Source: Clostridia bacterium
GTDB taxonomy: Bacteria > Bacillota > Clostridia > Christensenellales > UBA1242
Length of the DNA stretch: 64,000 nucleotides
Assembly: GCA_017537515.1 (NCBI GenBank)
Contig: JAFYKO010000122.1
Location: 3,866-67,865, forward strand
Reading direction: 5' to 3'
Position numbers and translations under genes: made by a program. Positions 17,546 to 25,492 of this stretch are shown here, piece by piece. Below the pieces are notes generated by a model. It ran no database searches. It was not told the origin of the DNA and was given only the letters and a program-made list of their open reading frames with translations. Each line of letters begins with the position of its first letter. The stretch's first letter is position 1.

Positions 17546-17896
17546 CTAGAAAACGGGAATGGCGTTGCGGAGCGAATCCAATACAGCGTTCAACTGCTCC
17601 GTCGTGAGAACCTTGAAATCGCCCGCTGTGCCCACAACGCAGGTAAGCAGCAGGTCTTTCTTCTTCACACGGGTGCGATACCAGGAACCGCTACAATCCC
17701 CGTTCTTTGCGGACTTCGCAGCGACCTGCACATAGTCCTTGTAATAGAAAATGTAGATGGAGCCTTCCTTTACGTGGAAGTCCACAAGATAATAACTATC
17801 GGAATCCTTGTGCGAAATCTTGACCCACTTGTTAGTGTAGTTTTCATAATGGGCTTCTGCACAGGGCGACTTGCTTGATTTTCTAGTCATAGACAA
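17546..17896 (-). CDS. hypothetical protein (116 aa)
   Basis: ORF track. Confidence 0.55.
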   Translation of the reverse strand: MSMTRKSSKSPCAEAHYENYTNKWVKISHKDSDSYYLVDFHVKEGSIYIFYYKDYVQVAAKSAKNGDCSGSWYRTRVKKKDLLLTCVVGTAGDFKVLTTEQLNAVLDSLRNAIPVF

Positions 17897-17928
17897 TCCT
17901 TGATTATGCGGTGTAGTTTACCCGCCTG

Positions 17929-18192
17929 TTAGATGCTGACCTTGCCGTTGAATCCGTAGGAAATCGTCTTGCCCTGGAGCAGTGCGATAGCGTCTTCCTT
18001 TGCAAAACGCAGATAGCCACGGCTAGACAGTAAGCGACCATTGATGGTGCCGTTAGGTTCATACAGGTCAAAGTCATCGGTCCTGTAATCGTGGCGAATG
18101 TAAAGGGTCTTCTGCCCGTTGCTGCAAACATAGCGGTTGCCGTCACGCTTAATCGTGATGCCTTCGGGAACTACGACGTTGTGTCTTCTCAT
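17929..18192 (-). CDS. hypothetical protein (87 aa)
   Basis: ORF 17929..18246 trimmed to ATG 18192 (MRRHNVVV) behind AACCGAGGATATTCCA. The longer form would start inside the promoter. Confidence 0.6.
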   Translation of the reverse strand: MRRHNVVVPEGITIKRDGNRYVCSNGQKTLYIRHDYRTDDFDLYEPNGTINGRLLSSRGYLRFAKEDAIALLQGKTISYGFNGKVSI

Positions 18193-18236
18193 TGGAATAT
18201 CCTCGGTTTCGGGTGGTTGGTTGTCTTTACGTCCTA

Positions 18237-18295
18237 AATATAACAAAATACCTGCTGATTGTCAACAGGTATTTTAAAAATTTTTAAATTTTTGA
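18237..18295 (-). promoter_or_regulatory. sigma70-type phage promoter with perfect 10-bp inverted repeat around the -35
   Basis: -10 18237..18242, -35 18260..18265, 17-nt spacer. IR arms aaaatacctg 18245..18254 and caggtatttt 18266..18275 with an 11-nt spacer. Long A/T UP tract. Confidence 0.8.
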
Positions 18296-18475
18296 TTATT
18301 TTCCGTGGGCTTTCTTGAAGTCTGTATAGACGGTCGGCAGTTTTACCCTCACCCGCTCCAAAAGGTCTTCGTGGAGTTTTGCGATTTCCCGAAGCGAGTC
18401 ATATTCCCATTTGGGGACTACCACGGTGTCAGCGTCCCCGTGCGGGCTAATCGGGTATTTTTTGAGGCGACTCAC
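18296..18475 (-). CDS. hypothetical protein (59 aa), GTG start
   Basis: My own translation: (V)SRLKKYPISPHGDADTVVVPKWEYDSLREIAKLHEDLLERVRVKLPTVYTDFKKAHGK. GTGA overlap with the stop of 18472..18894. The plus-strand ORF 18305..18655 is its shadow. Confidence 0.45.
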   Translation of the reverse strand: MSRLKKYPISPHGDADTVVVPKWEYDSLREIAKLHEDLLERVRVKLPTVYTDFKKAHGK

Positions 18476-18894
18476 TTATTTGCTTCCCCCTCGGCAGCAT
18501 CGCCCTGGGGTTCCGCAGCAGCGTCGCCCTGGAACCCTGCAAACTTCCAGGTGTTCGCACAGTCAAGCGAGAACGTCAAGTGGTTTTCGTCAGTCGGGAC
18601 GAACACCCCACAGTCAATGAACAGGACCATCAAGGAAAGCAGTTGGTCGGGATAGTTCGCAAGCGGGCTGTGCAGGCAGAAGTAGTCGGCAGTCACGTTC
18701 CCGTTCAAGGCGACGTAGGACGTGGTAAGGAACCTTACGGCATTGTCCAGGGCGATTAACAGGGAAGATTCTGTCGGGAACGCCTCTTTGAACATCGGGG
18801 CGTATTCCTTCGCCTTCTTTGCAATGTCGGAGGTGTATTTCATTTCAGCGGATGCGGGTGTCACTTTCGGAACATTCTTATGAGCCATTGCCAT
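18472..18894 (-). CDS. hypothetical protein (140 aa)
   Basis: ORF track. AACCGAGGAATGGCA-ATG. Confidence 0.6.
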   Translation of the reverse strand: MAMAHKNVPKVTPASAEMKYTSDIAKKAKEYAPMFKEAFPTESSLLIALDNAVRFLTTSYVALNGNVTADYFCLHSPLANYPDQLLSLMVLFIDCGVFVPTDENHLTFSLDCANTWKFAGFQGDAAAEPQGDAAEGEANK

Positions 18895-19163
18895 TCCTCG
18901 GTTAGATTAAAAAATCGGGGCACTCCCGATAGGGGAGCAGATACACTTTGAACACTTACAAAGGCGGGATTGCCCGATACTTGTATATAGTTGCAAGGCT
19001 ACTTTTTTGAAAGCCATATGCGATGCTCCTGGTAAAAATTTAGGGTGCCCCATTAACAAGAGGCAACACGTTAAACCCAATAGAACACTTGGGGCACCCT
19101 GTTTCAAATATAGTATATTGCCACTGTGAATAAACTGTCCAAATTGTGAATTACCACCAAACC
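18895..19163 (-). other. 269-bp structured non-coding spacer (candidate small RNA or attenuator)
   Basis: No credible ORF. 10-bp stem 19042..19051 / 19091..19100 encloses two smaller hairpins. A 6-bp hairpin plus T-run at 18908..18930 sits just upstream of the next SD. Confidence 0.4.
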
Positions 19164-19475
19164 CTATTCTTCCTTTAAAGATGCGTGGTATTCGTCAAGC
19201 GTAGCGGGAAGCGGTCGGTTTTCAAAATTCTTGTTCGCAAGGATTGTATATCGCCCGTCGCACAAGACAGAAATGGATTCGTCAATTACGCCCTCAATGA
19301 CGTTGTAGCGGATTTTTGTGCCCGCAGGGAACACCTTTTCAGCAAGGGCTGTAATACGCTTGTAGCCGTCAGCGTAGTCGGAGGTCCGAACATCCACGGA
19401 CGTGTGGTTGTCGGAGTTGTTATTGCCGTTGAACAGGTCGTCCACGGAAAAGGTATAAGTGGAATGTTTTGCCAT
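19164..19475 (-). CDS. hypothetical protein (103 aa)
   Basis: First ORF after promoter 19511..19560. Confidence 0.6.
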   Translation of the reverse strand: MAKHSTYTFSVDDLFNGNNNSDNHTSVDVRTSDYADGYKRITALAEKVFPAGTKIRYNVIEGVIDESISVLCDGRYTILANKNFENRPLPATLDEYHASLKEE

Positions 19476-19510
19476 TAGAGCATACCTCGGTTATTGGTTG
19501 TCCGAGGTAT

Positions 19511-19560
19511 AATATAACAAAATACCTGCTTATTGCAAACAGGTATTCTAAATAATAAAT
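19511..19560 (-). promoter_or_regulatory. phage promoter, weaker -35 (TTTGCA/TTGCAA), with inverted repeat
   Basis: -10 19511..19516. IR arms aatacctg 19521..19528 and caggtatt 19540..19547 with an 11-nt spacer. Confidence 0.6.
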
Positions 19561-19572
19561 GTTACATTTTAC

Positions 19573-20376
19573 TTACATACAGTAATAGACGGCAGTGACG
19601 TTACTGTTCTTGTCGTAGTGTTCTTCGGATGCCACGATAACTTTCTTGTCGTAGGTCAAGGAACTAACCACCGTGGAACCGATTTCCAACACCTGCGAAT
19701 AGGTGAACATCTGCATATCCGAAAACAACTTTGCGATTTCATTGCAGTTGTTCACGACGTTTTCCATAGCAGCCTGGTCTATGTTCGTGAACTGTCCGAA
19801 CGGCAGGACCACCTGGGCATCGTCGGGATATGAACCCGTTACAAGTTCTTCCCACCCGATGAACCCCGCAAGCGGGGCACGACCGTATAGCCTACGGAAC
19901 GGCACCTGGACCTGGACGGGCTTCTGCTTGTAGAGTTCGGAATAGTAAACGACCTTTTCCTTTTCAAAGTCCACAAAGCCAAACTTCGGGGACATATTCG
20001 CTAAAAGGATTGCCAACTGACCCTTGTTCAAGAACAAGTTCAAGAACGTGGTCGGGACCTTGGGACCGTTCTCAAGCCCAAGCCCCTTGAGTATTTCAGC
20101 AGCCTTGGCACTCTCAACCGACATAGGCGAGGTCTGCAACCACTTTTCGTGGGAGCCTAGAAGGGCTGAAATCTTGACCTGCGTCTTCTCACCGACGTGC
20201 ATATACACTTCGCTGCCCGCCACCTTGTATTCCTGCTTCACGTCCTCCACCGTAAGCGTGAACTTCGGTGCGTCGGAATAGGTCGCCATCGGGACGGCAA
20301 ATTCAGCGAACGTATAACCCGACAGTGCCCTGCGGATTATAACTTCTTCAATGTTTCCAAGGTCGCAGCCAATCAT
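19573..20376 (-). CDS. hypothetical protein, last gene of the tail operon (267 aa)
   Basis: ORF 19573..20421 trimmed to ATG 20376 (MIGCDLGN), which shares one base with the upstream TAA (TAATG). Confidence 0.55.
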   Translation of the reverse strand: MIGCDLGNIEEVIIRRALSGYTFAEFAVPMATYSDAPKFTLTVEDVKQEYKVAGSEVYMHVGEKTQVKISALLGSHEKWLQTSPMSVESAKAAEILKGLGLENGPKVPTTFLNLFLNKGQLAILLANMSPKFGFVDFEKEKVVYYSELYKQKPVQVQVPFRRLYGRAPLAGFIGWEELVTGSYPDDAQVVLPFGQFTNIDQAAMENVVNNCNEIAKLFSDMQMFTYSQVLEIGSTVVSSLTYDKKVIVASEEHYDKNSNVTAVYYCM

Positions 20377-20642
20377 TATATCTTGAAGTCCTCTTGTTCG
20401 TTCAATTCCGTAGCAAGCCACATGCGGTCAACGGGTGCGACGGCAGCACCCCTAGCCAATCGGTGAGGTGTATCAATGCCGTTGTAAATAAGGTCCCATT
20501 TCATATATTGGTCCCTGGGGAACAACTTGTCGGGGCGGTAGCGTGTCTTCAAGTCAGCCACCACGACATTGCCCATAACGCACTGCGGATTCACTCCGCT
20601 GTTGTTGTCCAGGAACCGTTCAATCGTTTTAGAGTCTGCCAT
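20376..20642 (-). CDS. hypothetical protein (88 aa)
   Basis: ORF track. Confidence 0.55.
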   Translation of the reverse strand: MADSKTIERFLDNNSGVNPQCVMGNVVVADLKTRYRPDKLFPRDQYMKWDLIYNGIDTPHRLARGAAVAPVDRMWLATELNEQEDFKI

Positions 20643-20645
20643 ACA

Positions 20646-21572
20646 TTACCCGCTAGAAGAAGTGTTATACAGGGCACCATACATATTCGTGATTGAAATG
20701 TTCACGTCCATTGCGGTGGGATAGACGTTCCCGCCCGACGTATCGTCTACAGCGTAGCCCTTTTCCGTGAACTTTGCAGAAGTGAGGACCCCGTTCACAC
20801 TTTGACGTGCGACCTGTCCCTCAATAATAAGTTCTACGGGGTGTCCTGCGGTCATCCACTTGCCCGCCACACCGCTGTTCATATTAGAACCCATCGCTTC
20901 CAAACCCGCCTGCATATTCGCACCGATACCGATAGCACCACCGATAACGGGAACGCCTGCGGTCTGTCCCGACATAGAGGCACCCGAACGTGCCTTGCCC
21001 TCGGCATACATTTCCTTGTTACCCGTAGCATAGCCCACGGTAATCTGTGTCTGTGCGGACGTGTGCTGCATAGCGGAGGTCATCATCGCCATACCCGCAG
21101 CGTCCATCGGGTCGTCGTTATAAAGGGCATCGTCGCCACCACGGGCGGGCTTGTAGGAAGCCAAACTCATATTCAAGAGTTGACTGCTAGAGGTGAACTG
21201 CTTCCAACCCTGTGCCAACATTTCGCTGCGAAGATTTTTCTTAACCGTCACGTAATCACGATAATCCGTAAAATACATAACCCCGTCAAGGCTGATAGTC
21301 AGTTCCAACCTATCGCCCTGCCATTGAACACCAGGCAGGGGCTTGGACAACTTGCTTTTCGGGTCATTACCACCTGCGTTCGCACCCAGGCTTTGTATCA
21401 ATGTCAAAAACTTCTCAACAGAACCCGCCCCTTCCCTGCATTGGTAATTAGGGAAGTTGTGTTCGTCAAGGGAAACATACCTGTCGGAATAAATATACAG
21501 GCACCCGTAGCGATAGCAGTTTGCACGGGCGAGCCTGCGAAATTCTAGGGATTCAATAACCTGTTCCATCAC
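20646..21572 (-). CDS. hypothetical tail protein immediately downstream of the tape measure (308 aa)
   Basis: ORF track. Assigned by position only. Confidence 0.55.
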   Translation of the reverse strand: MMEQVIESLEFRRLARANCYRYGCLYIYSDRYVSLDEHNFPNYQCREGAGSVEKFLTLIQSLGANAGGNDPKSKLSKPLPGVQWQGDRLELTISLDGVMYFTDYRDYVTVKKNLRSEMLAQGWKQFTSSSQLLNMSLASYKPARGGDDALYNDDPMDAAGMAMMTSAMQHTSAQTQITVGYATGNKEMYAEGKARSGASMSGQTAGVPVIGGAIGIGANMQAGLEAMGSNMNSGVAGKWMTAGHPVELIIEGQVARQSVNGVLTSAKFTEKGYAVDDTSGGNVYPTAMDVNISITNMYGALYNTSSSG

Positions 21573-21581
21573 ACAACCTCA

Positions 21582-23537
21582 TTAAGCGGTCCACGGTGCC
21601 ATAGCAGGGTTAGCAACCATAATCGGGGTGGTGCCAGGGTTCTTCGCAGAAGCCATAACAGCTTCACGCATAATTTCGTTCTGCTCACGCTGATTACGCC
21701 AATCTGCAACCTGGTATTCGGCAGGTGCGGGAGCCTGTGCAGCCCTAGCCTGTTCCATAATGGCGTTAGCCTCGGAAGGTGTAGTAAGGGCGGTTTCCCT
21801 GCGTGTGACAGACGCACGGACACCACGGGAATACACCGACGTAGTATCAATGATACCAGGTCCGTTCGTGACTTCCCGACGGGTCTTACGCTGTTTTTCC
21901 TGTTCGGCTTCAACGGCTGCGGACTTCTCCGAAATCTTGGATTGAACTTCGCTGTCCTTATACCAACCACGACCGAACAGACGGCTGCGGTCAAACAATT
22001 CAATCAAGCCGTTAATGCCCCCAAGTATCTGTGCCCCCGTTTCAATTATTGACGACACAATCATAGGCATTATGAGTTTGGTCATATCCATAATGGACCC
22101 TGCCAAACCACTTACTATGGGCACAAGCCTGTCAAATGACATAATGGCACTAGCGACCAAACCCCAGGGACCCAGGAACTTCGTTGCGGACTTTGCAATA
22201 GACCCAATACCCTTTACAACACCGCCCAACGCCTTGCCTAGCCCACCGAGGTTCACAGCACCCGATTTGCTACCGAACATACCCGTTGAAGCGGGGTTTA
22301 CAGTAGCCTGCGGTGCAGCCCCCCGCTTGACAACGGGAGTAAGCAACCTGGAACTTTGGCGGGGTGCCTTTTGCATTCTTGCATTTTTAGGCATCTGTCT
22401 AGGGGCTTCGGATGCTTTCTGCGGGATTTCCGCTTTAAGCGTGGAAGCAATTTCGGGGCGTTCTGCGGGAGCAAGTGCAGGCTTTGTGACTTTCGCTTTC
22501 GGGGCAGTAGCCTTTTCCACATTGTCTGTAATCCCGCTGCGTGTAAGCGTCGGAACTTCTGCGGGCGGTGCAGACTGCGGTTCACGGATAGCCTGGGAAA
22601 TTTCTTTCGCTGCCTTTTCCATAGACGGGACGTTCACCTTGACCTTGCCCGAAAGCAACTGCTTTTCAAAGTTCACGCCCTCGCCTGCCACAGCCTTGAC
22701 ATTCTGTGCCCGTTCCGCATACAGGCTCGCAGCGGACCCTGGGTCCTTGATACCCTGCTTTGCAGCACGGATAGCAAATTCTTCGTTAATGTCTGCCTGC
22801 TTTACGCCAAATTCCTTGTCAGCCAAAGCCTTTTTGCCCTCGGCAATTCGGTTCTGCTGATTTACAAGTGCGTCATACTTTTCTTTGGTCGCTTCGCTAA
22901 TCGGAGTTTCTTTATTTTCCTTGACGTAGCGACCTAGACCCGCAACCAGGAACTTTCCAAGGGAATCGCCCCCCGAATTGCCTAGACCACCGATAGCGGA
23001 TTCAATAGTCCCGTATTTGTCCTTAATGGCAAAATTGGCTTCGGCACGTTCAGTTTCTATCGCCTTGATACGACGCTTCTGCATATCTTCGGCATTTTTC
23101 TTTTGCAGGTCGTATTTCTTCTTTTCAAGTTCAACCGTGGCTTCAAGCGTCTTCCTGTGTTCACGGGCAACCAACTGCTGCAAACGAAATGCTTTCAGTT
23201 GTTCTTCCGTGACCTGCGGGACAAGGCTTTCAGCCAAATCCATCATACGTTGGTGGCGTTCCTGCTCAATCTTGTCTTCGGCAATCTTTGTTGTGAGCAG
23301 GTTGCGAATAGTGTCTTGAACGTCCGTTGCTTCGCCCGTCCGTCTAGCGATAGCGTTAGCAGCGATTTGGTCCTTAACTGCTAGTTGCATTCTATCCACA
23401 GCATTGGCGACCCGCTGCATACCTTCTGCGGTCTTACTCAAAGTTTTAGCAAACGGTCCACCTTGATTAGACAGACTTTCACGCTTTTCTTTCAATTCAA
23501 CCATTTTTTCAAACAAAGTCGCCATAGTTGCCATCAC
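21582..23537 (-). CDS. tail tape measure protein (651 aa)
   Basis: Position downstream of sheath, tube and chaperone-position genes. Long coiled-coil-like Ala/Lys/Glu-rich N-terminal half, then the Gly/Ala-rich hydrophobic block GAVNLGGLGKALGGVVKGIGSIAK...IVSGLAGSIMDMTKLIMPMIVSSIIETGAQILGG typical of TMPs. Start is GTG 23537 or ATG 23534 (GTGATG overlapping the upstream TGA). Confidence 0.8.
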   Translation of the reverse strand: MMATMATLFEKMVELKEKRESLSNQGGPFAKTLSKTAEGMQRVANAVDRMQLAVKDQIAANAIARRTGEATDVQDTIRNLLTTKIAEDKIEQERHQRMMDLAESLVPQVTEEQLKAFRLQQLVAREHRKTLEATVELEKKKYDLQKKNAEDMQKRRIKAIETERAEANFAIKDKYGTIESAIGGLGNSGGDSLGKFLVAGLGRYVKENKETPISEATKEKYDALVNQQNRIAEGKKALADKEFGVKQADINEEFAIRAAKQGIKDPGSAASLYAERAQNVKAVAGEGVNFEKQLLSGKVKVNVPSMEKAAKEISQAIREPQSAPPAEVPTLTRSGITDNVEKATAPKAKVTKPALAPAERPEIASTLKAEIPQKASEAPRQMPKNARMQKAPRQSSRLLTPVVKRGAAPQATVNPASTGMFGSKSGAVNLGGLGKALGGVVKGIGSIAKSATKFLGPWGLVASAIMSFDRLVPIVSGLAGSIMDMTKLIMPMIVSSIIETGAQILGGINGLIELFDRSRLFGRGWYKDSEVQSKISEKSAAVEAEQEKQRKTRREVTNGPGIIDTTSVYSRGVRASVTRRETALTTPSEANAIMEQARAAQAPAPAEYQVADWRNQREQNEIMREAVMASAKNPGTTPIMVANPAMAPWTA

Positions 23538-23638
23538 CTCGTAGTTCTGTTCGGTTTGTTAGACTTCTTGCGTTCCGCTTCAAGCATTTCTTCCCTTGCC
23601 CGCAAGTAGTCTTCCACTTCGGCTACGGACGTGTTCAT
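23534..23638 (-). CDS. small ORF (34 aa) between the chaperone-position gene and the TMP
   Basis: ATG 23638 (MNTSVAEVEDYLRAREEMLEAERKK...). Alternatively it is the C-terminal extension of a frameshift product of 23646..24392. Confidence 0.35.
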   Translation of the reverse strand: MNTSVAEVEDYLRAREEMLEAERKKSNKPNRTTR

Positions 23639-23645
23639 ATCCACG

Positions 23646-24392
23646 TCAAAGCCTAAAATTAGTCTTATACTTGCTAATCGCTGCCTTGTCAAGAAACGGG
23701 GTGTATTGAGTGACCTCCACGGCACTCAAAGCCACGCTGTATTTCTTCTTGCATTCGGGACATTCAAATTCGGCTTCGGTATCATCCAGGAAATAGGTTT
23801 TAATGGCTTCAAGCATAAGGTTCAAAATGCCGAAGTCGTCCATTTCCATAATAGTTTCACGAATCTTTTCTTTCTTGCCGTCCACAGACAGAATATAAGG
23901 TTCCACAAGGTCAATGAACTTTGCAGGTTCCAATTCGTCCAGGTCGGTGTCTTTCGTGAAACCCAACTTTTCCACCATAGTGTCCCAGGCTTCAACTGTC
24001 GGATAGCCCAATTCCCAAACGTGCTTGCCATCGTCAATGGTAAGCGGGTAAGGGTCGTCTGCTGCAAGGCTAGGAACAGGCGGGAAATCGCTCATAGATA
24101 TGGAACGCTTGTGGGCTTTCTTGCAGTGCGGGCAGGTAAGATTCAGTTCCCATTTCTGCTTCGGGTAAGCGTGGAACGCAAGCATAGCCACAAGATACTT
24201 CACGTCCACAGGGACAAGGAGGCTTGCGTCTATTTCGTCGCCCACAAGAACCTGCAAAAGTTTCACGACTTCTTGCAGCGACGGGTCCTTGCCCAAGTCA
24301 ATAGCCTGCTGCAAACTCATAGCCTTCATCTTGAAAGACTTGAATTTGTAGGGCTTAAAGTTGGACGGCAGGGAAGTCACAGGAATTATCAT
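23646..24392 (-). CDS. tail assembly chaperone-position protein with CxxC...CxxC zinc ribbon (248 aa)
   Basis: Lies between tube and TMP. CPHCKK and CPECKK pairs. AACCGAGGTATAAA-ATG. Confidence 0.45.
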   Translation of the reverse strand: MIIPVTSLPSNFKPYKFKSFKMKAMSLQQAIDLGKDPSLQEVVKLLQVLVGDEIDASLLVPVDVKYLVAMLAFHAYPKQKWELNLTCPHCKKAHKRSISMSDFPPVPSLAADDPYPLTIDDGKHVWELGYPTVEAWDTMVEKLGFTKDTDLDELEPAKFIDLVEPYILSVDGKKEKIRETIMEMDDFGILNLMLEAIKTYFLDDTEAEFECPECKKKYSVALSAVEVTQYTPFLDKAAISKYKTNFRL

Positions 24393-24409
24393 TTTATACC
24401 TCGGTTGGT

Positions 24410-24832
24410 TTAGATTGCCCTTAACGTAAGTTTTACGTCAAGAATTTCTGCGGACTTGTAATCCACAGAATCGGGTGGTTCATACTTTGAAAGATAGCAT
24501 TTAATTTGAGTGGGGTTGTCTTCGTGACCCCACATAAGCGTTATAGGCAACCGCAAATCAATGTAGCCAGGGTGGACGGTTGCCGTATAAAGGGAACGCA
24601 GCAGCAATTCCTGTCTGTTCGTCACATAGGCTTCAACGGTAAATTCCTGGGTCTTCAACTGCCCATCTTCAATAATGAACGGGCGAAGACCGCCAACGTT
24701 AGAAATAACCAACTTATTCAGTTCGTCAAAGCCACGGGGAAAGACACATTCTGCGTCAAAATGTGCCGTATCTAAAAATGTCGTATCAATAGCAGATTGG
24801 ACCGACAGCCCGTTTCTTACGTTGAATGCCAC
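24410..24832 (-). CDS. hypothetical tail protein (140 aa), probable GTG start
   Basis: The track ORF 24410..24895 would begin inside a strong hairpin. GTG 24832 has an AAGGA SD 7 nt upstream. Confidence 0.5.
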   Translation of the reverse strand: MAFNVRNGLSVQSAIDTTFLDTAHFDAECVFPRGFDELNKLVISNVGGLRPFIIEDGQLKTQEFTVEAYVTNRQELLLRSLYTATVHPGYIDLRLPITLMWGHEDNPTQIKCYLSKYEPPDSVDYKSAEILDVKLTLRAI

Positions 24833-24856
24833 TATGAAATCCTTTGAAAGTAGAAG

Positions 24857-24899
24857 CGGGGTGCCCCTATCTACCCAATAGATATATAGTGGCACCCCG
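24857..24899 (-). promoter_or_regulatory. nested hairpin directly after the tail tube gene (attenuator or RNA-stability element)
   Basis: 9-bp GC-rich stem cggggtgcc 24857..24865 / ggcaccccg 24891..24899 encloses a 6-bp inner stem (24868..24873 / 24879..24884). No clean U-tract follows. Confidence 0.5.
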
Positions 24900-24904
24900 T
24901 CAAA

Positions 24905-25489
24905 TTAGGTGTTGCCGTCGCCAATCGTCCAACCGTGTGCCTTGATTTCAAGTTGCACGGAGCCGATTTCGGCAGCGTCGGAAGTGTAGTTCGGGGACTG
25001 CACCTTTTTGAACTGCACACCTTTAAGGTGGTAGGTAATTGTCGGGGGAACTTCCCCATCAGCCGTGGAGTTGCCCAAGGCTTCCAGGGTAATCCCGTCA
25101 AAGGTGTATTCCGACTTTTCATTGATATTGCGGTGGTTGAAATAACCCGCAGTATTGTTCGCCACGTTCACAAGAGCCTTGAAAATACGGTGGTCCATAT
25201 TTTCATAAATGTCAATCGGGAGCGAATCAATAAAGCGGTCCTGCCAAGCAGCCTGGGAAATGTGAATGCCCTTGATTTCCGCTTCTGCATAGGTGGTTTC
25301 AGTTTCAAACTGAAAGTCGCTATGGCAGGCGAAGGACATCTGCAAACGGGGGTCGTTTGCCACGTCGCCCATAAGTTCTTTCAACTTATCGCACTTGTCA
25401 AAGTTAATACGCCAATTTGACGTAACGGCATAGTTGTATTCATTGAAGTTCTTGCCGAGAAGTTCTCCAATCTTAATGTTCTGTGGCAT
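24905..25489 (-). CDS. tail tube protein (194 aa)
   Basis: Immediately downstream of the sheath gene. Size is typical of myovirus tube proteins. Confidence 0.65.
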   Translation of the reverse strand: MPQNIKIGELLGKNFNEYNYAVTSNWRINFDKCDKLKELMGDVANDPRLQMSFACHSDFQFETETTYAEAEIKGIHISQAAWQDRFIDSLPIDIYENMDHRIFKALVNVANNTAGYFNHRNINEKSEYTFDGITLEALGNSTADGEVPPTITYHLKGVQFKKVQSPNYTSDAAEIGSVQLEIKAHGWTIGDGNT

Positions 25490-25492
25490 AGA

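Noticed and set aside
19042-19100. tRNA-like stem with internal hairpins
   Set aside because: It is only 59 nt, has no D/anticodon/T-arm geometry or conserved GTTC box, and carries a 10-bp 'acceptor' stem. It is not a tRNA.
18907-19107. 66-aa minus-strand ORF in the 18.9-19.2 kb spacer
   Set aside because: It has no SD, an odd Cys/Leu-rich composition, and spans the large hairpins. The region is treated as non-coding structure instead.
21569-22003. 144-aa minus-strand ORF overlapping the 3' part of the tape-measure gene
   Set aside because: It lies wholly within the TMP ORF in another frame, has a Pro/Arg/Leu-rich composition, and has no SD.
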